Of a DNA stretch of 64,000 bases, positions 40,041 through 49,566 are shown one piece after another. The notes under the pieces are model-generated. The model saw only the letters and a list, made by a program, of their open reading frames with translations, searched no databases and had not been told where the DNA came from. The position numbers and the translations under genes were made by a program. The stretch is from Nitrososphaerota archaeon (lineage in GTDB: Archaea > Thermoproteota > Nitrososphaeria_A > Caldarchaeales > Caldarchaeaceae): NCBI GenBank assembly GCA_041641305.1, contig JBEPYN010000002.1:192001-256000 (forward strand), given 5' to 3'. How positions within the stretch are numbered: the first letter of the stretch is position 1; every line of letters starts with the position of its first letter.

Positions 40041-40700
40041 ATGTTTTTTCTCATGTTGTTATTCGCCGACAGGGTTGACGCGGGGCAGAAGCTTGCAAAA
40101 TATCTGAAGAGGCTCTATCAGGGAACGTGTGTGGTTCTCGGGATTCCGCGTGGTGGCGTGGTTATTGGGTATGAGGTGGCTAAGGAGCTGAAGTGTCCGC
40201 TTGACGTGGTTATCACCCGTAAGATTGGTGTGCCCGGTCAGCCTGAGCTAGCAGTCGGCGCGGTCGCCGAAGATGGAACAGTTTTCGTAGACGAGGAAAT
40301 AGCCGCAATCGTGGGTGTTTCGCGTGAGTATGTGGAGAAGAAGGCCTTGGAGGAGATGTGGGAGGTTCGGCGAAGGGCCATGCTCTACAGAGGCGGAAAA
40401 CCCATGCAGCCGCTCATAGACATGAGGGTTGTAATCGTCGACGACGGCCTCGCAACAGGGCTAACAATGAAGGCCGCCGTCCACATGGCCCGTAACCAAC
40501 GCGCCGGAAAAGTCGTAGTGGCCGTCCCCGTCGCACCCCCAGAAACAGTTGAAAAACTCAAGAAAATAGCCGACGACGTTGTCGTCCTCGAGACGCCCAC
40601 AAACTTCTTCGCCATCGGCCAGTTCTATGAAAGGTTTGACCAGCTCAGCGACGAAGAGGTTTTAGAAATCCTGCGTAAAGCCTCTATGGAGGTGGGATAG
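40041..40700 (+). CDS. Phosphoribosyltransferase-family protein
   Basis: FADRVDAG, IPRGG, VDDGLATG. Confidence 0.9.
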   Translation: MFFLMLLFADRVDAGQKLAKYLKRLYQGTCVVLGIPRGGVVIGYEVAKELKCPLDVVITRKIGVPGQPELAVGAVAEDGTVFVDEEIAAIVGVSREYVEKKALEEMWEVRRRAMLYRGGKPMQPLIDMRVVIVDDGLATGLTMKAAVHMARNQRAGKVVVAVPVAPPETVEKLKKIADDVVVLETPTNFFAIGQFYERFDQLSDEEVLEILRKASMEVG

Positions 40701-40702
40701 AG

Positions 40703-40933
40703 TTGCAGCAGGATCTTGTAACGGGTTGGACAACTTTTCTAGGCCTCCTGCTGATAATCGTCGGCGCAGCCCTGATAGCCATCCCCTTCCTCACACGCTA
40801 CCTAGGCGACCTCGAGAAAATCCACCCACTTCTATTGATAGGGGTAAAGCTAGACGGCCTATACATCGGGACCTCGCCAATACTGATCATAGCCTTGGTG
40901 ATATTATTTATGCTGCTGAGGAACTATCTCTAA
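40703..40933 (+). CDS. Small two-TM membrane protein
   Basis: Two hydrophobic segments; operon spacing. Confidence 0.6.
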   Translation: MQQDLVTGWTTFLGLLLIIVGAALIAIPFLTRYLGDLEKIHPLLLIGVKLDGLYIGTSPILIIALVILFMLLRNYL

Positions 40934-41361
40934 CTCTCTTTGCCCTGCTGAATGCTTTTGGCGGCTTGTTCGAGGAGTTTGATGCCCTTGGGTGTGATGG
41001 CGCGGCCTTTTCTGGGAATCGTCGAGACGAGCTCTGCTTTCTCCAGCTGCTGCATTATTTTCCTCACAACTGCTCCGCCGCCCTTGGCGAAGTAGGGCGA
41101 GGCCATGCCTACACGATGCCGCCCCCCATAAAATTTCCTCATCCGTGACACGCCCAAAGGGCCGTAAAGATATAGTTTACGTAGAATAGACGCAGCCCTC
41201 ACAAACCACCAGTCAGGGTTACGGGGAGGCTCCTCCCGCGCAACCGAGGTTTTGACGAACATGGCCCACGGCGGCGGAGTGACCACCTGGTTATTCTTGA
41301 GATATGCAGCTACACGGTTTATCAGCTTCTCCGGCTCAACTGCACGCACCACGTCGACCAA
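40930..41361 (-). CDS. rps19e: 30S ribosomal protein S19e
   Basis: PPWAMFVKT...DWWFVRAASILRK...YGG. Confidence 0.97.
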   Translation of the reverse strand: MVDVVRAVEPEKLINRVAAYLKNNQVVTPPPWAMFVKTSVAREEPPRNPDWWFVRAASILRKLYLYGPLGVSRMRKFYGGRHRVGMASPYFAKGGGAVVRKIMQQLEKAELVSTIPRKGRAITPKGIKLLEQAAKSIQQGKES

Positions 41362-41453
41362 CTCTAACTCAACAGCATACTCCGTCCCTATTTGAACTTA
41401 AAGAGCCATAATTATGTCTCAACGCCTAGATCCGTAATGTCAAGAATCTCTGC

Positions 41454-41804
41454 TCAAACAATCCCCTCCTTTTGGGTTAGTTTGGCGGGTTTCGATGTTT
41501 TTCGGCGCTTTAAGGCGTAGAACCTTCTCGTGTGGCCGCAGGTTTTGCAGCGTACGACAACGTGGGTTGCACGTTTTCCTCTAACCCTCACGGAGAAGGT
41601 GGAGGGTCCTGTCCAAGGTGTTCCACATTTTCTGCAGAAGCGTCTTCTTAGCTGAGGTGGTAGACGCAGCCTTGTTTTCTGCGCGACCCGCATCGCAAGC
41701 CTTACCGCTTCAACGGCTTTCTCACCACCATCCGGGTAAATAGTCTCAGCGAAGTCAAGAATCTTTTTCACAAGCCTAAGGACCCTCTGCCTATCCCTTC
41801 TCAA
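41454..41804 (-). CDS. rnp4: RNase P protein component 4 (Rpp21)
   Basis: RRFCRKC...VVRCKTCG..RRF; adjacent to rps19e. Confidence 0.9.
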   Translation of the reverse strand: MRRDRQRVLRLVKKILDFAETIYPDGGEKAVEAVRLAMRVAQKTRLRLPPQLRRRFCRKCGTPWTGPSTFSVRVRGKRATHVVVRCKTCGHTRRFYALKRRKTSKPAKLTQKEGIV

Positions 41805-42205
41805 CCGCGCCCAACAATATAGATGCCCATTGTTATGTTTTTAATGGCTATAGTGGGTGGGGCGTTGAACTATTGACATAATGGAGTCTCCTTTAGGCAT
41901 TTTGAATCCTTGGAGGTGGCTTAGAAAAAGTTCTGCGAAGATATTTCATGTGGGGTAGAGCTGCTTTCATCCCCAATTTACAGGCGAGCGGAAAATCCTG
42001 CCACAGCCTTTGAACCCGTTAAACAAGCAAAAATCTACGACCCGGCGCAAAAGTGGCCGTAGGCCTCTGAATATCAAAACTGTCACATCGGCAAAGCATA
42101 GAACAGTTGGTTGAGATGCTGGAAAAACCTTTATGAGTTGTTGGATGTGTATGTGGGTTAGTTTGGTTAATGCTTTTTTGGATGTTTTTGTTTGTTCTGT
42201 ATGTG

Positions 42206-43096
42206 GTGTTTTATACTTTTGAGGATGTTGTGAGGGTTTTGCAGGTTTTTCAGGAGATGCCTTCTGCGGTTAGTGAGGAGTTGCGGGGTTGGAGGTGGCG
42301 TGAGCCTCCGCTTCTTTCTCCGTATAGTGTTCGGGTTAATGCTTCTGATCTTTCTTTTGGATGTGATTCGGGTCGGTTGGCTTATCTTCGTCATGTTGCG
42401 GGGGTTAGGGAGAGGGCTGGTGAGGAGCTGTTTTTGGGTTCTGCTGTGCATAGTGCGGTTGTGGAGGCTTCGACTGCGGCTAAGGGGATTCTTTATCATA
42501 GGAGGCCGGAGAGTGGCCGTGTTTTGTATGAGTTGATGATGGATATGGGTGAGGATATTCGTGGGAGGCGTGTTTTCAGGGGGTTTGAGAGGGTGTTTGA
42601 CTCGTTGTGGAGCTCTGCGTGTTTGACCTATTCTTCTTGTCTGGATCGTGTTTTGTCTCTTTCGCGTCATCTTGGCTGGGATGGTGTTGTTTACAGGGTT
42701 GTGCCGTGGGTTTGTGAGTTTCCTGTGGACGGTAGACCTTTGGGCCTTAACCGTGCCATCAGGATTGATGCCTTGATTCCGCCCTCGATTTTGGTGGAGT
42801 TTAAGACGCGGCGTCCTTCGCGTCTTCATGAGGTTGCTTTGGCGGGTTATGCCTTGTCTTTTGAGGCTCAGTTTAGGGTTCCGGTGAATCATGCCTTGCT
42901 TCTTTACGTGGATGTGAAGAGGGATGGTTCTTACAAGGTTTATGAGCATTTTGTTCATGTGGATGATGAGTTGAGGCTGGAGTTTGTTGAACGGCGTGAC
43001 CTGTATTGCCGGGTTGTTGCGGAGGGGGTTGACCCCGGTCTTCCACCTGAGTGTGACAGATACTGTCCATATCTGAAATTCTGCCGTTCTGCATAG
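42206..43096 (+). CDS. csa1: CRISPR-associated Cas4-family protein Csa1 (type I-A)
   Basis: VSEELRGW.W..PPL.P, RIDA...VEFK, AGYAL..E, C-terminal C...CPY..C; start estimated at GTG 42206. Confidence 0.9.
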   Translation: MFYTFEDVVRVLQVFQEMPSAVSEELRGWRWREPPLLSPYSVRVNASDLSFGCDSGRLAYLRHVAGVRERAGEELFLGSAVHSAVVEASTAAKGILYHRRPESGRVLYELMMDMGEDIRGRRVFRGFERVFDSLWSSACLTYSSCLDRVLSLSRHLGWDGVVYRVVPWVCEFPVDGRPLGLNRAIRIDALIPPSILVEFKTRRPSRLHEVALAGYALSFEAQFRVPVNHALLLYVDVKRDGSYKVYEHFVHVDDELRLEFVERRDLYCRVVAEGVDPGLPPECDRYCPYLKFCRSA

Positions 43097-43175
43097 TGGG
43101 CGAGAGCCAGCGCCTCAGCAAACTAATTCAAACCACCTTTTTTCAACATTTTCGCAAAACCAAACAAGTGAAACG

Positions 43176-43538
43176 CTTTCAATTCCCTCTTGCGGGATCA
43201 GAGGAGAATAAGCTGTTGCGGGAGACTTTGCACGACTATGAGCAGCTTTCAATTCCCTCTTGCGGGATCAGATGAGAATTGGCGGGCAGGCGGGCGGGCG
43301 GGCAAAGTTTCACTTTCAATTCCCTCTTGCGGGATCAGTGCATATTCCACTAAACACTGTAAAAAATCTTCCCCGACGATAAGCTTTCAATTCCCTCTTG
43401 CGGGATCAGACTGACATGATGTAGCCTTTTCTAAGTGTCCTGGGCCTTTCAATTCCCTCTTGCGGGATCAGTTGTCTTGCATCCCGTAAAAACTCCCTAA
43501 CTTTTTTTGTGACTTTCAATTCCCTCTTGCGGGATCAG
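43176..43538 (-). CRISPR. CRISPR array: 6 identical 26-bp repeats (+ strand CTTTCAATTCCCTCTTGCGGGATCAG), 5 spacers of 44, 41, 45, 36 and 41 bp
   Basis: Repeats start at 43176, 43246, 43313, 43384, 43446, 43513; the minus-strand repeat ends ATTGAAAG (archaeal crRNA handle). Confidence 0.98.
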
Positions 43539-43700
43539 TGTGCGTTTTTCCCTTGTTTTTTGAATCTCTGCGGCGTTTTGTCGCCGCTTGTTTTCAAGCT
43601 ATAATTGTTTAGGTGTTCTATTTAGGTTTACCCCACCAAATACACCATAAAACCTTATAAACAATGCACCAAACATGCGGCAAACTTCTACAGGTGTTAT
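43539..43700 (-). promoter_or_regulatory. Probable CRISPR leader
   Basis: AT-rich non-coding stretch on the side predicted from repeat orientation; boundary approximate. Confidence 0.6.
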
Positions 43701-43790
43701 GTGCCGAGGTTAGGCATAAGCTCACCAAGCCGGGAAGAAAAATAAAGCAGCTACGGGCCCTTCCCACAACATTTCAATCAAGGTTAACGC

Positions 43791-44384
43791 TCACACTGTT
43801 CCTCTTCTGATGGGCAGAACGTCGAGGTTGGCTTTCAGGAGCGCATCTACTGGATGCACGCCGTTTGCTATGTTGCAGAGGAGCGCTAAAGCCAGCTGGC
43901 TTCCCAACCTGTTTTTAGGCACCTTAATGCCCAGAAGGTTTAGCGTCTCATCGAGCTCACGCTGCCTACTCTCAGGCCTTCCAGCGAAATTGATGTCTTC
44001 TTGCTCGAAGATCCACGCCAAAGCATAGAGAATGTACTCCAAATCATACCCGGGAAGATCATTAACGACATGTCTAAACCTCTCGACAACATCTGCAATG
44101 TTCGCGCCTTGCCAAACCTTCACGATAGCTTTTAGGACCTGCATGGCTTTCGTCCTGTCGGCACATATTTTACCGTAGAAATCTATGGCGAAGTGGGCGT
44201 GCTTGGGAGTGTATGACCTGATACGTGGCTCAAGCTGGTAAACAGTTCTCACCTTGAAGTCGCGTTCAGATTTGCTGTCCTCGGTTTTGAGCAGTATCCA
44301 TCCGTTGCTGAGCTTGACAACCTCAAGTATTCTCCTTCTATTCCTGCCTCTGCCAAAATATTCGCCAACCGACAGCGTGGTCAA
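43791..44384 (-). CDS. Hypothetical protein translationally coupled to the DNA MTase (candidate restriction/effector)
   Basis: 197 aa; 4-bp overlap with the MTase stop. Confidence 0.7.
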   Translation of the reverse strand: MTTLSVGEYFGRGRNRRRILEVVKLSNGWILLKTEDSKSERDFKVRTVYQLEPRIRSYTPKHAHFAIDFYGKICADRTKAMQVLKAIVKVWQGANIADVVERFRHVVNDLPGYDLEYILYALAWIFEQEDINFAGRPESRQRELDETLNLLGIKVPKNRLGSQLALALLCNIANGVHPVDALLKANLDVLPIRRGTV

Positions 44385-45358
44385 ATCTTCGTTAACCAGC
44401 CGCTCAACGACAATCTGCCGCGTTCTTCCTCGTTTTCAGGCCTTCTGAAGATGTAGAGATGTTCATGAGCTATTTTGTGGAAACCATACTGTTCAAAATT
44501 TTTTCCACGCCATTTTTCACGCGTCGTCTTCATTTTGTGCTGCAGCTTGATTATATCCTCTGCCAGAACAAACCCGGTTTGCAGGAATTTCATCATCACG
44601 TAAGTGGAAATGGGTACGTAGTGTTTGTGTTTTCTCGTGTCTCCGATGAGTATTGCACAGTGTCGCCCCGGTTTCAGAACGCGGTAGGATTCACGGGCTA
44701 TCTGCATTATTTTTCCCAGATAGTCTTCGAGCTTTCTGTATGCTGAGAGGTCACCTTCAGGTCTTTTGTGGGAGTAGGGTATGATGTTCCAGTATGGTGG
44801 ATGCGTCGCTATCAGATCTATGCTCTCGTCCTCGATGACGTCGAGGTTGGCTGCGTCTCCCTGATATACTCTTATCTCGGTCCGCCTGTCGCCGTCAAGC
44901 TGCTGGAACTCGAAGTTGAGCCTGTCCAGCGCGAGTATGCAAGCTTCATAGTTGATGTCGACGCCTATCGCGTTTCGCCCCAAGAGTTTTGCCTCGACCA
45001 ACGTGGTTCCCGAGCCGCACATCTGGTCCAGCACAAGCTCGCCGGGCTTGGTGTATTTTAGAATCAGGTTTCTCGGGACATAGGGGCTCCAGTTTCCCCT
45101 GTAGTCACCGGAGTGTGTGGCCCAGTCGCCGCGGTCCGGGAAACTCCAGACGGTCGTAGTCTCGAGATTGTATGATGCCGGTGGACTGTAGGAAGTGATT
45201 CTATGGGGTTTCCCTATCTCTATCCTTACATCCTCCACCTCAACATAGCCTTTCTCAGCCACATAGCGGCGATAATCCTCCCAAGTGACCGGCCTCATGC
45301 TAGTCAACACAAACTGTGAAGAACCTGTGTCCAACAGCACCCCACACGTACCGCTCAC
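44381..45358 (-). CDS. Amino (N4-C/N6-A) DNA methyltransferase with THPPY motif IV
   Basis: DQMCGSGTT (motif I), ATHPPY, ESYRVLKPG...IGD, HEHL.IFR. Confidence 0.85.
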   Translation of the reverse strand: MSGTCGVLLDTGSSQFVLTSMRPVTWEDYRRYVAEKGYVEVEDVRIEIGKPHRITSYSPPASYNLETTTVWSFPDRGDWATHSGDYRGNWSPYVPRNLILKYTKPGELVLDQMCGSGTTLVEAKLLGRNAIGVDINYEACILALDRLNFEFQQLDGDRRTEIRVYQGDAANLDVIEDESIDLIATHPPYWNIIPYSHKRPEGDLSAYRKLEDYLGKIMQIARESYRVLKPGRHCAILIGDTRKHKHYVPISTYVMMKFLQTGFVLAEDIIKLQHKMKTTREKWRGKNFEQYGFHKIAHEHLYIFRRPENEEERGRLSLSGWLTKI

Positions 45359-45413
45359 TTCACCCTCTTAAGCCTTTACAGAACATAGCTCACCGCGTCA
45401 AGGTGCAAGTGGC

Positions 45414-45710
45414 TCATGGTTTGAAGGCATATTTCTGCTCAAGGACATGGTATAGGTTTTCGTCACACACGAATGTGAAAGTGGGGATGCCTACGATTTT
45501 TATCTTCCCGTCGATGATGAGCGTGGGCACGGCGCGGACACGATACCTTTTCACAAGATCCTCCACAGCGTTGTAGTTTTTTGACAGGTCATAAACCGTG
45601 AAGCTGCAGCCTGCACATTTGCCCAGCTCAACCATAGCCCGCACTCTCCTGCACAGAGGACAGTCCGAGACAAACAGCTCAAGCCTATGAGGTACACTCA
45701 ACACGTTCAT
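45414..45710 (-). CDS. Glutaredoxin/thioredoxin-like protein
   Basis: CPLC, AVPTLIIDG. Confidence 0.8.
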   Translation of the reverse strand: MNVLSVPHRLELFVSDCPLCRRVRAMVELGKCAGCSFTVYDLSKNYNAVEDLVKRYRVRAVPTLIIDGKIKIVGIPTFTFVCDENLYHVLEQKYAFKP

Positions 45711-45720
45711 TCAAAATATT

Positions 45721-46350
45721 TTAACGTTGCCTGTCCCCCAGTTTTGCGAGTATTTTTTCCCAGTCGATTCTCGTTATTAGGTAGATGAGGAACATGGCGG
45801 CTGCTGCTGACGCCGCTGCTAGCATGATTGTCTGGAGGGGGTTTAGCTGCCCTGCTGTGCATTCGATTATTGTGCATGCGAGGGAGCTCCAGTAAAGGGC
45901 GGTGTAGGCTGCTATGGTTGTTATGAGGAGTTTGCCGGCGAAGACTGTGGGGAGGAAGAGTTTGCTGCTGTAGTTGGCTATTGCGAGGAGGATGTAGATG
46001 ATGTCGTCGGGGAGAGGTGTGGCGGCTGCGGCGAGGACGGCGAACCAGCCGTGACGTGCGACAAGCTGCTCAAGAGGCTGAATCCTTCTCCTCGTCTCGT
46101 CGCTTATCAACACACGGCCGCCTTTGAAGAACCTGAAGAGAACAAGCTTCGCCGACGCCGCCCCAGCCGCGCTGGCCAAAGCCGTCGGCAACGGGTCAAG
46201 CTTCCCAGCCATCACGGCGATGATGATGGGGGGAATGTATGGCCCCGAGACGAATGGGAGGAGGCTTCCAAGAAAGCTCGCGGCGAGGACGCCGACATAG
46301 CCATACGCCGTCAACCCCTCCCAGAAAGCCTGCGAGAAAATGTCCATCAA
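45721..46350 (-). CDS. DedA/VTT-family membrane protein
   Basis: Multi-TM; ATPLPDD motif. Confidence 0.8.
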   Translation of the reverse strand: MMDIFSQAFWEGLTAYGYVGVLAASFLGSLLPFVSGPYIPPIIIAVMAGKLDPLPTALASAAGAASAKLVLFRFFKGGRVLISDETRRRIQPLEQLVARHGWFAVLAAAATPLPDDIIYILLAIANYSSKLFLPTVFAGKLLITTIAAYTALYWSSLACTIIECTAGQLNPLQTIMLAAASAAAAMFLIYLITRIDWEKILAKLGDRQR

Positions 46351-46422
46351 AGTTTTGTGATGCAGGTTTGCTTTAACCCTTTTTCCCGCCGTTAAGGTTG
46401 TTAAGATGTTTGGATTGGATGT

Positions 46423-47760
46423 TTGTTGTTGCGTGTCATTGGGTTGCGTGGCGTCGGAGATGTTGCGGCCGCGTTGAGAAGTGGGTTATCCGCTGTTGAG
46501 CCAGGTGCTTTGATACGGCGTGCGGTGAAGCGGCGTGGCGGACATCTACACATCGCGGGGCATTTGGTTGAGCTGAGACGGTTCCACGACTTCGTCATAG
46601 TCGGTGGAGGAAAGGCTGCGGAGGGAATGGCGGCCGAGATGCTGCGTCTCCTCAACGGATTAGATGTGAGAGGTGTGGTCGTTGTCCCACGTGGATACAG
46701 GTTGAGACGGCGTCTCACCCCACTTGAGGTCCTCCAAGCAAGCCACCCCCTACCGGATAGCTCCAGCGAGGAGGCGGGAAAACGGATACTCGAAACAGTA
46801 TCATCATGCAGCAGAGACTCGCTCGTCTTTGTTCTCGTCTCAGGCGGTTTCTCAGCGTTGGCAGCCGTGCCCGCCGAAGGTGTATCGCTACAGGACAAGC
46901 TTGAGACGACTTCTGCGCTGCTGAGAGCCGGAGCTTCCATCGATGAGTTGAACACGGTGAGGAAGCATCTCTCAGCATTCAAGGGTGGATGGCTTGCGAA
47001 AAACCTTAGATGCAGGGCCTTCACCCTCATACTCTCCGACGTTGTCGGCGACCGTGTCGACGTGATAGGCTCGGGGCCAACGGCGCCAGACCCTACAACC
47101 TACCAAGACGCCCTCGATGTTTTAAGGAAACATGGTGTCAAGGTGCCTGAGAATGTTTGGCGACGGCTGCGTCTCGGCGCCGAGGGAGTATATTCTGAGA
47201 CGCCTAAGCCCGGTGACCCATGTTTCAGACATGTTGTGAACGTGGTTGTCGGCGGCTGTATAGACGCTGTGAAAGCAGCTGCGGCGGAGATGCGGCGTAG
47301 AGGTTACAGGGTTGTTGCGTTGACGAGCGGCGTGGTGGGGGAGGCGAGAAACGTTGCAAACATCTTCGCGGCAGTGGCCCATGATGTTGTGAAACACGGC
47401 ATCCCCCATCCTCCGCCCTTCGCGCTGGTGGCAGGCGGTGAAACAACCGTTACCGTCCGAGGCCCTGGCAGAGGAGGCCGCAACCAGGAGCTGGTCCTGG
47501 CCACCCTACATCTCTTGAGAGATGTGCCGAGGTTTGTTTTTGCATCACTTGGCACGGACGGGGTTGACGGCGTAACCGATGCAGCAGGCGCAGCCGCAAC
47601 CCATCAGTCCCTCAGAAACGCGGCCCAAAAAGGGCTGGACCCCATCCATTACCTCGAGAACAACGACTCCTACACATTTTTCTCAAAAGCGGGTGGGCTG
47701 ATTCTCACGGGGCCCACAGGCACAAATGTAGGCGACCTGATGATTCTCGCCATCAGGTAG
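46423..47760 (+). CDS. Glycerate 2-kinase (MOFRL family)
   Basis: GGGKAA, SGGFSAL, SDVVGD, GGETTV, GGRNQE, TDGVDG, TGTNVGD. Confidence 0.93.
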   Translation: MLLRVIGLRGVGDVAAALRSGLSAVEPGALIRRAVKRRGGHLHIAGHLVELRRFHDFVIVGGGKAAEGMAAEMLRLLNGLDVRGVVVVPRGYRLRRRLTPLEVLQASHPLPDSSSEEAGKRILETVSSCSRDSLVFVLVSGGFSALAAVPAEGVSLQDKLETTSALLRAGASIDELNTVRKHLSAFKGGWLAKNLRCRAFTLILSDVVGDRVDVIGSGPTAPDPTTYQDALDVLRKHGVKVPENVWRRLRLGAEGVYSETPKPGDPCFRHVVNVVVGGCIDAVKAAAAEMRRRGYRVVALTSGVVGEARNVANIFAAVAHDVVKHGIPHPPPFALVAGGETTVTVRGPGRGGRNQELVLATLHLLRDVPRFVFASLGTDGVDGVTDAAGAAATHQSLRNAAQKGLDPIHYLENNDSYTFFSKAGGLILTGPTGTNVGDLMILAIR

Positions 47761-48790
47761 AGAAGACCCAGGAGAGGTCTGGCTTGTGTTTTCGTTCGCC
47801 GACTCTTTCGTGTAGGTAGTGGCTGATGAGGGGCAGGGCTATGGTTGCGTCGCAGAAACACTGGACAGCGGAGCCTTCGGATGTCTCTTTTCCCCAGCTT
47901 TTACCTTCCTCGAGCGTGGCCCCGGATAAGCCGCCCCAGTGAGGGTTGTCGGTTGTTATCTGGACGGCGTAGCGGTGTGGCCTCGTCGCCAACGGATCTC
48001 CTCTCTCGAGTATGTCAACCGCGACGGCTGATAGCTGGATGAAGTCTTTGGGCACACCTCCTCCGATGAAGACAGCTGCACTATCGCGCTGCCTGCCACG
48101 AATCCTGACAAGCTGCTCATAGTCTTTGAAGTGGTCGAGGACGAGTGTAAATCGGGGTCTGCGGTTTTTGTTGATGATGTATGCGACGCCGTATGCGCTG
48201 TCTTCGATGGCTGGGCTGAAGACGGGCACGCCTGCTCTGTATGCTGCTTGGACTATTCCGTGGATGTTGCGTTGGTCGAGCCATTTGCCGAAGAGGTGGA
48301 GGAACTCAGCTGAGGACATGGGTTTAGTGTTGTCGAGGGTCAGCATGAAGTCGGCGATCATCTCCTCCATCTTGATGTAGTCCTTTTCTTTGACGAAGAC
48401 GTCGTGGAACCTGTAGATGCGGAGTCGGCGGAGGAGGTCGTCATCAATGTATGATGTGCCTGTGTAGTAGTTGAAGCCCATGGCGGCTATAAGGTCCTCG
48501 GAGATGTTGGCCCCCGTCGACACAACAACATCCACAAACCTTTTCTCAATGAGCCATTTGATGATTTTCCACTGGCCTGTTGTGCTGAGGGAGCCTGCGT
48601 ATCCGAGCATGATGACCGTGTCTTTTGCTTGTGCGGCTTTCGCCCATATCTCCGCCGCTAATGCGAGGTTTCTTCCCTGAAACCCTGTCAGCTTCATCTG
48701 GTCGAGGAGCTGGGCGATGGTTTTGTCGCCGACCTCGACTGCCTGAAGAGGTGTGTGAAGGAGCTGCGCTATCCGTGCCTCATGCTGCAT
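47753..48790 (-). CDS. dys: Deoxyhypusine synthase
   Basis: TGFQG, IGGGVPKD, GGLSGATLEEGKSWGK, DATIALP; true start likely MQHEAR at 48790. Confidence 0.92.
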   Translation of the reverse strand: MQHEARIAQLLHTPLQAVEVGDKTIAQLLDQMKLTGFQGRNLALAAEIWAKAAQAKDTVIMLGYAGSLSTTGQWKIIKWLIEKRFVDVVVSTGANISEDLIAAMGFNYYTGTSYIDDDLLRRLRIYRFHDVFVKEKDYIKMEEMIADFMLTLDNTKPMSSAEFLHLFGKWLDQRNIHGIVQAAYRAGVPVFSPAIEDSAYGVAYIINKNRRPRFTLVLDHFKDYEQLVRIRGRQRDSAAVFIGGGVPKDFIQLSAVAVDILERGDPLATRPHRYAVQITTDNPHWGGLSGATLEEGKSWGKETSEGSAVQCFCDATIALPLISHYLHERVGERKHKPDLSWVFST

Positions 48791-48812
48791 GTTTGATTGG
48801 TTGTTTGGTTTG

Positions 48813-49388
48813 TTAAAGGTTTTGTGTTTTTTGGCGTGCGAGCTGAACTGCTTTGTCCGCTGCTGCTTCGGGGTCGCTGGTGTAGTGGGCTGCGTTGATT
48901 TTTCTGTGGTCGAGGTGTCCGTCGGGATGCATTTGCGCGAGTATGTCTGATGGGTAGCCTGTTTCGGTGAGGATGATGAGTGGGATGCGGTAGATGTATG
49001 CGAGATGTGCTTCGATGATTGTTCCTGAGCCGCCTCCGAGGATGACGAAGCTGTCGCTGCTTCTGACGAGGCCGATGCTGCGTGCTTGGTAGGTTTGGCC
49101 GCTGCGGAAGACGATTGTGTTGTAGGGGTTGTATCGTGGATGGCTTTTGTCGATGAACTCATCCTCGTAGGGGATGACACCAACCGTTATCCCACCTCTT
49201 CGCACAAACTCTTCACACACAACACGCATCAAGCCCCCGTCACCACCAGTCAACAAAACAACCTCATTTCTGTAGTCACCAAGCCGCGCAGCAAACCTCC
49301 TCGCTTTCGCAACAGCCCCTGGCAAAGGCTCACGGTCACTTGAACAACCCACACCAATCTGCAGCACAGCCAACCAGCCGACAACCAC
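48813..49388 (-). CDS. LOG/SLOG-family protein
   Basis: LLTGG.GGLM...G.TVG, GG.GT..E. Confidence 0.8.
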   Translation of the reverse strand: MVVGWLAVLQIGVGCSSDREPLPGAVAKARRFAARLGDYRNEVVLLTGGDGGLMRVVCEEFVRRGGITVGVIPYEDEFIDKSHPRYNPYNTIVFRSGQTYQARSIGLVRSSDSFVILGGGSGTIIEAHLAYIYRIPLIILTETGYPSDILAQMHPDGHLDHRKINAAHYTSDPEAAADKAVQLARQKTQNL

Positions 49389-49419
49389 TATATATCCGAT
49401 AACAGGAACCGCGCGTTTA

Positions 49420-49533
49420 TGCGGGGGGTGGGATTTGAACCCACGAACCCCTTCGGGACAGGAGCCTCAGTCCTGCGCCGCTGGCTTTACCCAGCTGTGG
49501 GTGGGTAATTTGACCAGGCTTGGCGACCCCCGC
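49420..49533 (-). tRNA. tRNA-Leu(GAG) with a 29-nt D-arm intron (about 49481-49509)
   Basis: Acceptor GCGGGGG/CCCCCGC, anticodon arm CAGGA-CTGAGGC-TCCTG, long variable arm, GTTCAAATCC; insert with TTACCCA/TGGGTAA hairpin. Confidence 0.9.
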
Positions 49534-49566
49534 TGTGTTGAATAGCTTGTTCTCGGTATTTGTGTT

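Noticed and set aside
41805-42170. Possible ncRNA or gene remnant in the long intergenic gap before csa1
   Set aside because: Only a weak hairpin (TGGGG...CCCCA); no recognisable family.
42167-42958. 263-aa antisense ORF over csa1
   Set aside because: Same skew artefact.
43190-43414. 74-aa ORF with repeated FQFPLAGS
   Set aside because: It is a translation of the CRISPR repeats.
43202-43512. Self-targeting spacers
   Set aside because: No match seen by eye within the window; a proper alignment is needed.
48791-49183. Ser/Thr-rich N-terminal extension of dys
   Set aside because: It overlaps the LOG-family gene in another frame; dys homology begins near 48790.
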